Virus record (IMG/VR): IMGVR_UViG_3300025128_000026
Coordinates: 1,215 to 65,214 of that record
Length of the DNA stretch: 64,000 bases
Source: a virus
Lineage: Duplodnaviria > Caudoviricetes
Reading direction: 5' to 3' (one strand)
Shown: positions 1-8,761 of the stretch, piece by piece
How positions within the stretch are numbered: the stretch's first letter is position 1
Layout: the number at the start of each line of letters is the position of its first letter
Position numbers and translations under genes: made by a program
The notes under the pieces: generated by a model
Told to the model about the DNA's origin: nothing
The model's input: only the letters and a program-made list of their open reading frames with translations
The model's database searches: none

Positions 1-2107
1 CACCATTGCTTTCTGCTAAAACTAATTGTGCTTTAGAAGGTTTCATGCCCTTTGGTAATCTTCGTACGTGCGCCCGTCTTTCACCAGAAAACTTTCTACT
101 TTCATTAAAAAAAACTTTTTCTCGTTTTCTTTGCTCTGCATCTGGATTAGTTCGGTACTTTACTCTTGGTAAATAAATAATTCTTTTAACATTAGACTTA
201 ACACCAGTTGGCACTCTACGACCTCTGTAAGCCATTGTTCTATCTCTTTCAATCAAAACCTTCCAATCCCTGATACATGACGCTAGTTTCACGTACAATC
301 GGTCAAACATATTTTTTAAATTATCAGGATCATCAAATATTTGTTTTCGATTAACTAACCAATATCTAAACTCACTTTCTCTTTTACAATACAATTCAGA
401 TAAATACCTGTCGTTTTCGTCATGTAAAAATATGTGTATAAAGTCCTCAGTTTCAATAAAACGAGCGTATCGAAGATTAGTGTCGTCTTGTAATTCTACA
501 CAAGCGTTGTAGGGTATTAACAATCCTGTTTCTTGGCTCATGGCCTCATTTAAAATTAAAGATACTTTTTCTTTAACGTCCGGGTCAAGCTCGTACGTTT
601 CATTGTATCTTGTGCTTTGATGTGGCACAAAACGAAACTCTTCAAAATGTTCCCATAAATTATTTTTATTAAAAATCTCACCTTTTTCTAAAAACAATGG
701 ATAATCTTTGTCACTTAAAAAATTATGTGCAAGAGAAAAATAGTCTGCGTATTTCCAATAATACAAACAATCTATTTGTGTAGCACCATCAACAGACACA
801 GAGGTTCCTTTTTCTGTAAAGTTGTGCATATAGAATAAATCTAAAAATACATCAACCAAAGTATGTGAGCTAAATTCATTTTCTTGTTTCTTAGCATATG
901 AATAGCCATATAATTTTTGTTTAATAGATCTAGATTGATTTAAAAATTTAGTATTATCTGAGTTTAGTTCTTCAAACAGAACAATAGATATATCCTCTGT
1001 ATTTTTACAATTTAAAAAAGGCTCTATGAATTCTTCCATGCTATCATCAGATTCTTTTTTATTTTTTAAAAAAGTGTTCATCATATTAATAAAACCAACT
1101 GCTTTAGCTACAAATGAAAACGTATAACTTGACTTTAATAAATCTAATTTATTTACGTTTCTTAACTTATTAAAAGAATACTCATTAAATTTATCTTCGT
1201 TTATTAAATTAGAACCCTCATTGGATTTTTTAGTTTGATCATAATTAAAATCAATATAATCAAATACTCCGTTCATCTCCGCAATGTCATCATTAAAATT
1301 TTTAGGTAAAGACCTGTAAATATTTAAAGCATACTCATCATCTCGTTTTACTGCGGCCTCTAGTATTGAGATTAAGTTATCGTTCTTTCTTAAATGTATT
1401 TTATAAACTTTATTTTTATAGGCTTTTGTAAATGCCATATAAATTGTAATACCTTCTTTATACTCAAGAAATTGTTTGGCTATTTCTTTATTTATAAAAT
1501 AAGTTTTATCACCCATACGAAGTATCGGTTCAAGTATGTTATTATCTTTTAACCCTTTATCAACGTATTGATACAAACAAAAAAAGTGTGCGCCTTTTGG
1601 ATTGTCGTCTCTTACGATTAGAAAACCATTTTTGTATGGTGTGACCACTTCACCATATCTACTTTTTCTAGAATTTTTTATTAAAGAGTAATCAATCTCC
1701 TCAGTAAAAGGTACACCTATGTCTTTTATAGTTGAATCAAACTTTTGATCTACGAACCCATTAAGAAGATCTAATTTAAAACCACACAGTTGGTGCATGG
1801 TGTTAAAATTACCACCCAAATTAAAATTAACGATATTGCAATCTGGTTTTAGTTTATAATCGTAAAAAGGCTCCAACTTTTCTTTTTCAATTTTTTGTGT
1901 ACGATTAACCGTATCAATAGCGGCAATCCTTGCCGCTTGATCCATGCCCCTTGAATCTTTTAAAATTTCTTTAGTAGGTAGTTTCTTGTGAAGCTCACTA
2001 ACTTTTTCTTTGTAAGAACTTTCATCAATTTCATTATTATCATAACTTCTTGATAAATCATTTTTATCTCTTGAGTATTGTTTGTAAGTATAACTTTCTT
2101 GTGACAT
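1..2107 (-). CDS. Large hypothetical protein (>702 aa, runs off the window edge; absent from the ORF track)
   Basis: Hand translation from ATG at 2107 (MSQESYTYKQYSRDKNDLSRSY...) stays open to position 1 (...SGERRAHVRRLPKGMKPSKAQLVLAESNG). Upstream AGAAAG RBS-like sequence follows the stop of the previous gene. Confidence 0.85.
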   Translation of the reverse strand, partial: MSQESYTYKQYSRDKNDLSRSYDNNEIDESSYKEKVSELHKKLPTKEILKDSRGMDQAARIAAIDTVNRTQKIEKEKLEPFYDYKLKPDCNIVNFNLGGNFNTMHQLCGFKLDLLNGFVDQKFDSTIKDIGVPFTEEIDYSLIKNSRKSRYGEVVTPYKNGFLIVRDDNPKGAHFFCLYQYVDKGLKDNNILEPILRMGDKTYFINKEIAKQFLEYKEGITIYMAFTKAYKNKVYKIHLRKNDNLISILEAAVKRDDEYALNIYRSLPKNFNDDIAEMNGVFDYIDFNYDQTKKSNEGSNLINEDKFNEYSFNKLRNVNKLDLLKSSYTFSFVAKAVGFINMMNTFLKNKKESDDSMEEFIEPFLNCKNTEDISIVLFEELNSDNTKFLNQSRSIKQKLYGYSYAKKQENEFSSHTLVDVFLDLFYMHNFTEKGTSVSVDGATQIDCLYYWKYADYFSLAHNFLSDKDYPLFLEKGEIFNKNNLWEHFEEFRFVPHQSTRYNETYELDPDVKEKVSLILNEAMSQETGLLIPYNACVELQDDTNLRYARFIETEDFIHIFLHDENDRYLSELYCKRESEFRYWLVNRKQIFDDPDNLKNMFDRLYVKLASCIRDWKVLIERDRTMAYRGRRVPTGVKSNVKRIIYLPRVKYRTNPDAEQRKREKVFFNESRKFSGERRAHVRRLPKGMKPSKAQLVLAESNG

Positions 2108-2120
2108 ATATTTCTTTCTA

Positions 2121-2570
2121 TTATTCTAAGCTCATTATCTCCTTATATTTTTTAAAATCAACAACTTTATCATTCATTAGAATTTCTTTTGAATAATGTT
2201 CTATAATTTTTTGTACGCCCGGTAACTTAACGTGTGCAAAAGGCCAAATTAATTTACAAACGTAATAGGCATCTCTAAACTGACAACGCCAACGCCACTG
2301 TTTTTTCCAACCAACAGTATATTTTGTTCGATATCTTTTCTCACCAAGTGTTCCAACACCCAATACTTCGTGTAACCAAATCAAAACAGATTTATCTGTC
2401 ATTGCTATTTCCATTCTAATAGACCAAGTTGGATATGCTTTCTTTTGTCCCTTTCGTTTACGCATGTATTGTTTGTAAGTGATACAACCCTCGCCATCAA
2501 ATAAACCTGCGATGTAGGCTATATCTAATTGATCACTCACGTTCAAATCCACCGTAGATACCCGCACCAA
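2121..2570 (-). CDS. Free-standing single-motif LAGLIDADG-family protein
   Basis: IAYIAGLFDGEG motif; paralog at 60473-60934. True start may be slightly downstream. Confidence 0.8.
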   Translation of the reverse strand: MVRVSTVDLNVSDQLDIAYIAGLFDGEGCITYKQYMRKRKGQKKAYPTWSIRMEIAMTDKSVLIWLHEVLGVGTLGEKRYRTKYTVGWKKQWRWRCQFRDAYYVCKLIWPFAHVKLPGVQKIIEHYSKEILMNDKVVDFKKYKEIMSLE

Positions 2571-2581
2571 TATTTATCATA

Positions 2582-2779
2582 TCAGTTGTGCTCAGTGCGC
2601 AGTGACTTAAGCAAAGGGTGAGAATCAAAATACTCATCAAATTCCTTATCATGTATTTCTCCTTTCGAATTACAAATAGTGCATTGCATCACCACATCAT
2701 TCGCAGGGTTTTCGGACTTGTGTGTTTTAACAAATCCGTTACCTTGACAATTAGGACAGATCTTTTTTGGATCCGTCAT
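2582..2779 (-). CDS. DnaJ-type zinc-finger small protein
   Basis: CPNCQGNG...CTICNSKG (two CxxCxxxG motifs); paralog at 61103-61288. Confidence 0.75.
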   Translation of the reverse strand: MTDPKKICPNCQGNGFVKTHKSENPANDVVMQCTICNSKGEIHDKEFDEYFDSHPLLKSLRTEHN

Positions 2780-2903
2780 CTTTTTTTGTCTCGACTGGTT
2801 TTAATGATGCTAACATTGCTATGTGTTGTGCAACTTCACCGTACGGTCTTTGCCACATATATTGTAATAATTGTTTTCTTTGTTCTTCAGTCAACGTAAA
2901 CAT
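2751..2903 (-). CDS. Small hypothetical protein (50 aa)
   Basis: MFTLTEEQRKQLLQYMWQRPYGEVAQHIAML...; AGGAG RBS; same-length conserved copy at 61260-61412. Confidence 0.7.
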   Translation of the reverse strand: MFTLTEEQRKQLLQYMWQRPYGEVAQHIAMLASLKPVETKKDDGSKKDLS

Positions 2904-3076
2904 TATTTCTCCTTCATTTTTCCGTTAAGTTTCTTTTTCTTTTCGTTTGCAATACATTCAATAGTCTTAGATATGGACAGTTTTGCGTCAGGCAATAATA
3001 CCTTCGACAACTCTTCTAAAACCCTGTATGTTTCTTTTGGAAGAGAAACGTTTCTATACTTTGTTATATCGGTCAT
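2903..3076 (-). CDS. Small protein, possible ribbon-helix-helix DNA-binding regulator (57 aa)
   Basis: MTDITKYRNVSLPKETYRVLEELSKVLLPDAKLSISKTIE... has a beta-helix-helix pattern; AAAGGA RBS; conserved at 61412-61585. Confidence 0.65.
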   Translation of the reverse strand: MTDITKYRNVSLPKETYRVLEELSKVLLPDAKLSISKTIECIANEKKKKLNGKMKEK

Positions 3077-3130
3077 ACTTTCCTTTCATTTATTAATATT
3101 GATAATATAGGAGATTAATATTAAAAGTCA

Positions 3131-3349
3131 ATGATTAAATATGTTTTAATAATGATTATTTGTAGCGGAATACCTGGTAATGAATGTAGACCTATACCAG
3201 TGCCCATCTCTGAGTTTGATGAATACCATAAATGTATTATATATGGATATGATTATTCTAGTACAATGTTAAAATCATTAAATCCGATGACTATTAATGA
3301 ATTTGAAATGTTTACTGCTTTTGATTGTAAAGAACAAACTACAACTTAA
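3131..3349 (+). CDS. Small Cys-containing exported or membrane protein
   Basis: Hydrophobic N-terminus and 4 Cys; highly similar copy at 61642-61860. Confidence 0.7.
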   Translation: MIKYVLIMIICSGIPGNECRPIPVPISEFDEYHKCIIYGYDYSSTMLKSLNPMTINEFEMFTAFDCKEQTTT

Positions 3350-3558
3350 TAATTACAAATACAACCATATAAATCACCACTGCCATCTTTCATCACATGA
3401 GCGTTAACAGGGTAATCGTAATATGTTGTTAGATGTAATCTAAGTATATCACAAAGATCAAAACAATCCATTTCACTTAATAACTCTATTCCCTCTGTCA
3501 TTTCCTTTGTCACCTTTACTAAATGATAAAGTTCGTCTGTCAACAATATCAAATCCAT
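3346..3558 (-). CDS. Hypothetical protein
   Basis: DCFDLCD...GCIC motif shared with 61939-62142. Confidence 0.7.
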   Translation of the reverse strand: MDLILLTDELYHLVKVTKEMTEGIELLSEMDCFDLCDILRLHLTTYYDYPVNAHVMKDGSGDLYGCICNY

Positions 3559-3661
3559 ATGCTACCTCTTTTATCTTTCTATACCAAAGTTCTTTATACT
3601 TTGGATCTTTTGTTTTGTTCCAAAGATTCGCTATCTTGTCCAAATTGTCTTGAGTATTCAC
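3473..3661 (-). CDS. Small hypothetical protein
   Basis: LDKIANLWNKTKDPKYKELWY conserved in copy 2 (62063-62239); GTG start inferred. Confidence 0.55.
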   Translation of the reverse strand: MNTQDNLDKIANLWNKTKDPKYKELWYRKIKEVAYGFDIVDRRTLSFSKGDKGNDRGNRVIK

Positions 3662-3824
3662 CGGTTTTGTTTCCCCATTCAATAATTTTTTTAACATTTT
3701 TACCAACTATCTTTACGTCAACACCGTACCTCTTCCACGCTTTCTTCATTAAGTTTAGCTCTAAAACAAAATTAGTCCACTGTTTTTGATTAATACCCTC
3801 TATGTCTAAGACTAACTTCTTCAT
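3594..3824 (-). CDS. Hypothetical protein
   Basis: LELNLMKKAW motif conserved at 62178-62402. Confidence 0.7.
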   Translation of the reverse strand: MKKLVLDIEGINQKQWTNFVLELNLMKKAWKRYGVDVKIVGKNVKKIIEWGNKTGEYSRQFGQDSESLEQNKRSKV

Positions 3825-3988
3825 TTTTTTAATCGTTTCATTTCTTCGTACATTTTTTGTAGTTTAAACACACTACAATTTAAAACAAAAAAAGCTATTT
3901 CATCTCTCATCTTTTTTTGCTCTTCATGAGCTTTCGCTTTATTTTCCGTTATGGACATATCTATGCCCCATTTAGTTTGATCTGTCAT
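3821..3988 (-). CDS. Small hypothetical protein (55 aa)
   Basis: MTDQTKWGIDM...NCSVFKLQKM; same-length homolog at 62399-62566. Confidence 0.7.
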   Translation of the reverse strand: MTDQTKWGIDMSITENKAKAHEEQKKMRDEIAFFVLNCSVFKLQKMYEEMKRLKK

Positions 3989-4036
3989 AATATCCCTTTC
4001 ATAATTGTAGGATAATCATTTCAAGATGTTTGTCAA

Positions 4037-4171
4037 CTATTGTTTTCTTCCTTGACGATTGTAAGGTTTATGATCTCTTTTTTCTGATTTTGATAGTCTT
4101 TTTTTATGTCTTCTTGGTCGTTTTCTAGGTTTTGGCCTTGGTGTAAAGTTTACAAATTTTTGTCTAGCCAC
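4037..4171 (-). CDS. Very basic 44-aa peptide
   Basis: (GTG)ARQKFVNFTPRPKPRKRPRRHKK...NRQGRKQ; conserved with mostly synonymous changes at 62840-62974. Confidence 0.7.
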   Translation of the reverse strand: MARQKFVNFTPRPKPRKRPRRHKKRLSKSEKRDHKPYNRQGRKQ

Positions 4172-4394
4172 GATTTTCTCTTAACCATTGTTTGTCAGAT
4201 TCATTTAATTTTAAATATCTGATTGAGCCATTGACGTGTTGTTTAGTGTCTGCCCCACAATTTGTACATCTATAAAAATCAGTGACAATTGCAACCATAA
4301 TTGCCTCTTCTTCACACTCTTCACAATGCCCATGAACAGTGTCAATTTTTGAAAAATTAAATTTTATTTTAGACAAGATCTTTTGCCTTTCCAA
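4164..4394 (-). CDS. Zinc-ribbon protein
   Basis: CEEC...YRCTNCG; diverged homolog at 62961-63203. Confidence 0.7.
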   Translation of the reverse strand: MERQKILSKIKFNFSKIDTVHGHCEECEEEAIMVAIVTDFYRCTNCGADTKQHVNGSIRYLKLNESDKQWLRENRG

Positions 4395-4845
4395 TCACAG
4401 GCTTGTATTTTGTTTTACCCTCTGATTTGTAGGCATGTAAAAATTGTTTTCTTGGTTGGTCGGTGGTATAACTACAATGTATCCACCCACTGTTTGGCTC
4501 TCCTGGTGTATAAAACTCTAATATCAATTGGTCATATTCTAGGTTTTGATGAATCCAGTCAGCTAACTCAGCGTTGTCTGTGCCCATACATTCGAAGTCT
4601 GCGGCCTCAGCTTTTGCATGTTGGCTGTTGATTGAGCTACCTATTTTTAGGCACAGCTGTTCGCTACGGAACCCTGACGTTACCTTGACTCTGCCGAAGT
4701 GGTCACGTACCGGCTGTAAAATATTTTCACAAAGTAATCTTAATTTTTCTATCTGCCCTGAGTTTGGATTGTTATTGATATCCAAACGGATAGCGGTATC
4801 TGATTTAATTAACTCTTGAAGAGTGAAGTTACGTGAAAGATTCAT
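4369..4845 (-). CDS. Endolysin, peptidase M15A family
   Basis: SGFRS, SQH..AEAAD and WIHCS Zn-peptidase motifs. Confidence 0.9.
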   Translation of the reverse strand: MNLSRNFTLQELIKSDTAIRLDINNNPNSGQIEKLRLLCENILQPVRDHFGRVKVTSGFRSEQLCLKIGSSINSQHAKAEAADFECMGTDNAELADWIHQNLEYDQLILEFYTPGEPNSGWIHCSYTTDQPRKQFLHAYKSEGKTKYKPVIGKAKDLV

Positions 4846-5183
4846 TATTGTGCTAATGGATTATCGCTCTTTGCTTTTAGTTCGTCTATTTGATTTTGTA
4901 ATATTTGTATTGTTTTTTCGTTTACTAATATTTTAGTATGCCCGTGTTCTTCGTGTTTATGTTCACCAACTTTATGAGTGTGTGATGTATCTGCATTTTC
5001 TAAAGCATTAACTTTTTCTTCTAACACTGCAATCTGTGAAGAAAAATCTATACCACCACTAGCACCTTCTAATGCATCTAGTTTAGTTACAATCTCCCCA
5101 TACTTTACAAAGCCACCACCAATTGCTGCAATGACACCAAGTAAAGCTGCTACACCGGCTAATTGATTTTTAATCTTATCCAT
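4845..5183 (-). CDS. Membrane-anchored coiled-coil protein with a His-rich patch
   Basis: N-terminal TM helix, heptad repeats, HTHKVGEHKHEEHGH. Confidence 0.7.
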   Translation of the reverse strand: MDKIKNQLAGVAALLGVIAAIGGGFVKYGEIVTKLDALEGASGGIDFSSQIAVLEEKVNALENADTSHTHKVGEHKHEEHGHTKILVNEKTIQILQNQIDELKAKSDNPLAQ

Positions 5184-6579
5184 TTTGTAAAACCTGTAAC
5201 TCGTTTATCAAATTTTGACGTTCTTGTAAAATGCTATTCAACTTTTGTTTTTGTATAAAAATAGGATCTTTTTGTTTGTATTCTACTAAATCAATATCAT
5301 AAATAATACGATTGTCCTTTATATCTATTTGATCTTCGTATATAATACGCGGTTCATAAAAAGGTATATTATATGCTTCCAGAAGATTACCTGATGACAT
5401 TACTTTTAATTTTACTAAGTTTTTTAGTTCTAAGTTTTTATCTATTTGCTTAACTTGTTTGTCAATCTTTTCTAAGATTGTTTCAAGTCCTGCTGTTTTT
5501 GTTTCTTTCTGTTGTACTTCTTCTTGCTCGCTACCATCCTCTTCCGTAGCATTGGCAGTCTCAGTAGTTTCGCTATTGGATTCTTCTTGTTCATTTTCTT
5601 TTTGCTCTTCTTCAAAACCTTCTTGTAACATTTCTGATACAGTCTTTTCTTCTTCTTTTTCTTCCTCTGTAAATGTTTCAATTATTTCCATGACAGGTTC
5701 CTCTTCTTCTTTTTCCTCTTCTTGTAACATAACAAACTCTTCAATGATAGGTTCCTCTTCAAACTTCTCCTCTTCTTCCATGACTATCATGACAGGTGGT
5801 TCCATCTCAAACTCCTCTTCCATTTTTATTTCTTCTTCAAAAAAGAATTCTTCTACAATCTGTTCTATCTCTTCAAACTCTTCACCCAAGTCATCAAATA
5901 TTTCAACTATTTCTTCTTTGATTGCAGGAGGTAATGGTGAATATAATATATTTAATAGTGTTGCTTTTAGTTCTGCACCCAATAAGTTTGGTCCAACAGC
6001 ACTAGTGCTATTAGGATTATTACCATCTATACCTTGCCACTGCCAACTCCATTTTCTTGAACCCTCTCCAGTATGTGTGACTGTGTCTGTATATGTATAT
6101 GTATTGTTATTGTAACCTGAATCTGTATTTCTGTTTTGTGTGACTGTTGCAAGCTCTTCATTATTCTCATCTAGTATTGTAACTGTTGTAGAATAACTAT
6201 CTTGACCTGATGTTGCTTGACCACATTGATGTGCGGACCCAACCCACTCGCAGTTTTGTACCTCTGTCTTTGATGTAAGTGTAACACCACCATCCAAACT
6301 ATCTTCTGTAGTTGTATGATCACCTGCAGATATATTTAATAGCGTACCTGATGCAGATACTGTGCCGGTGCCGTTTGCTTCTAGTTCATTAAAGTTAGAT
6401 GAATAATCAGTGACATTGTTAAGAGTGAAACCAGTAGAGCTATTGATACCATCTATTGTACTATTCGAGTGTTGTGGACTTGTTTGTCCTGTTCCTGCAT
6501 TGGGTAATAAATTACCTGTTGTTGCTGTATCTGCAAGTACACCAGTTGATAGTAATAGTAAAGGTATTAACCATTTCAT
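5176..6579 (-). CDS. Secreted protein with a long acidic (Glu-rich) linker
   Basis: Signal peptide MKWLIPLLLLSTGVLA, Thr/Asn-rich beta domain, E-rich tract. Confidence 0.75.
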   Translation of the reverse strand: MKWLIPLLLLSTGVLADTATTGNLLPNAGTGQTSPQHSNSTIDGINSSTGFTLNNVTDYSSNFNELEANGTGTVSASGTLLNISAGDHTTTEDSLDGGVTLTSKTEVQNCEWVGSAHQCGQATSGQDSYSTTVTILDENNEELATVTQNRNTDSGYNNNTYTYTDTVTHTGEGSRKWSWQWQGIDGNNPNSTSAVGPNLLGAELKATLLNILYSPLPPAIKEEIVEIFDDLGEEFEEIEQIVEEFFFEEEIKMEEEFEMEPPVMIVMEEEEKFEEEPIIEEFVMLQEEEKEEEEPVMEIIETFTEEEKEEEKTVSEMLQEGFEEEQKENEQEESNSETTETANATEEDGSEQEEVQQKETKTAGLETILEKIDKQVKQIDKNLELKNLVKLKVMSSGNLLEAYNIPFYEPRIIYEDQIDIKDNRIIYDIDLVEYKQKDPIFIQKQKLNSILQERQNLINELQVLQNG

Positions 6580-6812
6580 TCTAATATTAATTTTTTAATA
6601 GACTTTGATCCGTCTATGTTCAACTCGAGTTCAGCCATCGACTTAATGCACTGGTGCTGTATGCTATCATTTTTTTCACCTCTAGATGCATGTCTCTTAC
6701 CTTTTAAACACATTGCCATGGAATATTTACCTGTTTTAGGATCAACTTGAATTCTGTGTTCCTTGATCTCTCCGTTGACAATCATAAGAAGGGCTACTAC
6801 CAACTCTGTCAT
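6576..6812 (-). CDS. Hypothetical protein
   Basis: ORF coupled by overlapping start/stop codons to its neighbours. Confidence 0.65.
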   Translation of the reverse strand: MTELVVALLMIVNGEIKEHRIQVDPKTGKYSMAMCLKGKRHASRGEKNDSIQHQCIKSMAELELNIDGSKSIKKLILE

Positions 6813-7186
6813 TGATGGCTCCCATTTGCTCTAACTTTATCTTTTAGCACTTCTATATCAGACAATGCTTGATCTAATTGTTCTCTTAAAAACTCGATAT
6901 TGACTTTGTTGGTCATATTCATCTCTTGAGTTTCTTCCATTTTCTCTACAGACTTATACAAATCCTCGATTAAAAAATGTTGCTCCTGATCGATAGGGAC
7001 TTGTTCACTTCGTTTTAATAAATCATTTTCGAACAACTCACGTGATGTCTCCAGAGATACCAACCTTGCTGTCAGCTCCGTGTATGCGAACACTCCCATT
7101 GCCACCAACACTATCAACGATACTACCGTCTTCATCGGCATCTGCACTCGTGCCTCTTCTCCGATGTTGAGTGGTTTATTGCTCAT
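6809..7186 (-). CDS. Membrane-anchored coiled-coil protein
   Basis: Single TM segment followed by a heptad pattern. Confidence 0.7.
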   Translation of the reverse strand: MSNKPLNIGEEARVQMPMKTVVSLIVLVAMGVFAYTELTARLVSLETSRELFENDLLKRSEQVPIDQEQHFLIEDLYKSVEKMEETQEMNMTNKVNIEFLREQLDQALSDIEVLKDKVRANGSHQ

Positions 7187-7320
7187 CTTTTTCTTTTTCT
7201 TTTTAACAGTTTAACTCTAGTATGCCAACACCATTCTACCATTCTAACAATACCAGTTTCTACAAAAGATATTGAATTATCTAAAAAACCACAGAATCTG
7301 TATATTAATCTGTCTATCAT
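7183..7320 (-). CDS. Small hypothetical protein (45 aa)
   Basis: MIDRLIYRFCGFLDN...KRKRKR fills the gap with start/stop overlaps on both sides. Confidence 0.5.
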   Translation of the reverse strand: MIDRLIYRFCGFLDNSISFVETGIVRMVEWCWHTRVKLLKRKRKR

Positions 7321-8015
7321 TTAGGTTCTTTCCAATCTATTTTTTGTTTTGTCTGAACATCTTCTTTTTGTTTATCTTCGTCTAATTTAGTCATCTCTTC
7401 TGTAATCTTTGCTTGTTCCTCTTCATTTTTCTTTTCAATAATTTTTAAATTTTGTACATAAGTTTCATAATCAGGTCTTAGTTTATCATATTTTTTCCAT
7501 GCTGCTTTTGCTTGTTTACCAATCTTACCTTCAAAAGGACATGGTGTGCCTGCTTGTTCCATAGCAAAGAATACTCTTTCATCTTGACATAGTATTGCTA
7601 CAGCTGCAACTTTCATACCTAAACTATTTAGTTCTCTTGATAATTTTATTCTTTCACAATTTTTATCTCTAAAAGATTTACCACCTGATACACCAATACC
7701 AAAAGTTTGTACTCCTGCTGATGCTCCTGCAAGACAAACATCAGATCCTGCGTTAGTCACACTTGGTGCTGACGCTGTTGGTGGTGCAGATCTCATGTTA
7801 GATGTAGAGTTATTTGTAGTTGTGGTATTATTTGAGCTACCACTTTGATATGTATTGTTGGCTGTGCTCGTATATCCACCTGTGATTGATGTGTTAGATC
7901 CGGATGTATTGTTTTGAGTTGTGTTAGGGTAAGCTGGTGTAACACAAAATGCTAGTGAACATAATAATATAATTAGTGCTCCTGTAAAATAATAGTTCAC
8001 CCTACGACTCTCCAT
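7317..8015 (-). CDS. Exported Cys-containing protein with a T/N/S-rich linker
   Basis: N-terminal hydrophobic segment; APPTASAP...DVC...NCERIKLSREL...LCQD..PCP. Confidence 0.75.
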   Translation of the reverse strand: MESRRVNYYFTGALIILLCSLAFCVTPAYPNTTQNNTSGSNTSITGGYTSTANNTYQSGSSNNTTTTNNSTSNMRSAPPTASAPSVTNAGSDVCLAGASAGVQTFGIGVSGGKSFRDKNCERIKLSRELNSLGMKVAAVAILCQDERVFFAMEQAGTPCPFEGKIGKQAKAAWKKYDKLRPDYETYVQNLKIIEKKNEEEQAKITEEMTKLDEDKQKEDVQTKQKIDWKEPK

Positions 8016-8019
8016 TATG

Positions 8020-8112
8020 TTATTTCCAAAATCTACTTTTTAATTTTAAGATAGGTCCTACAATCCATCTTCTGTAAAGATTTCCTATTCTGTTTATTAC
8101 TCTTTTAATCAT
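8020..8112 (-). CDS. 30-aa basic amphipathic peptide
   Basis: MIKRVINRIGNLYRRWIVGPILKLKSRFWK fills the gap between genes. Confidence 0.4.
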   Translation of the reverse strand: MIKRVINRIGNLYRRWIVGPILKLKSRFWK

Positions 8113-8755
8113 TTTTCTTTTCCTCCATTTCGTAAAAGAACTTGTCGGTGTCTTCTGTTTTCCATTGGCCAGAATCTTCTACGTTCCATTCTGATGTTTG
8201 CACTTTCCAGTCAGGAATATTGTCTTTCACAGTGAAAGAAGGTAGATCCCATATACATCTATTGTTAGGTTGTGCTGCATAATTACCGTCATCTAAGGCA
8301 ATTATGTGTGCGCACTTATGTTCGTGCGGTATCTCAGAATGTTCGACGTCAAGTATATTAGACTCTGGATGTGCAAAGTCAACAGTAAATAAATATTTAC
8401 CGTGATGCCATTTTTTATCTTTGCCTATGTACTTGCCTGATGTGCCGCCTAGAATATCCCAAATATGAACAGCAGGATAATAACTAAAACAATTCCAAAG
8501 CTGAAGTTCATCAAGTCTACGTTTAGGAACATCTTCCGGTCTAAAGCCTCTCTGAATGAAGGCAGATATCGGGAGACGATAAAAGACAGCGCCATTCTCC
8601 ATAATCGCATGAAATAAAATAGCGTGACCTGCAATAGAGCTAAGACCAAAGATAATACAGTCTTCAACTTCTCCGTGATGTTTTTTAAGATCATATAAAT
8701 ACTCCCTTCGTATTTGTGCATACTCCACTGGTATGTTTGCATTTAAATAAGACAT
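8105..8755 (-). CDS. Conserved phage hypothetical protein
   Basis: 216-aa ORF following the polymerase; HEHKCAH motif. Confidence 0.75.
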   Translation of the reverse strand: MSYLNANIPVEYAQIRREYLYDLKKHHGEVEDCIIFGLSSIAGHAILFHAIMENGAVFYRLPISAFIQRGFRPEDVPKRRLDELQLWNCFSYYPAVHIWDILGGTSGKYIGKDKKWHHGKYLFTVDFAHPESNILDVEHSEIPHEHKCAHIIALDDGNYAAQPNNRCIWDLPSFTVKDNIPDWKVQTSEWNVEDSGQWKTEDTDKFFYEMEEKKND

Positions 8756-8761
8756 AAATCC

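Noticed and set aside
1-2107. Host chromosome flank or prophage attachment site
   Set aside because: It is a single ORF co-oriented with and abutting phage genes, with no integrase, tRNA or att-like repeat. The truncated edge means this cannot be fully excluded.
5459-6115. Long + strand Ser-rich ORF and other antisense ORFs (e.g. 34811-35542, 36953-37471, 41862-42305)
   Set aside because: Shadow frames of low-complexity or codon-biased minus-strand genes.
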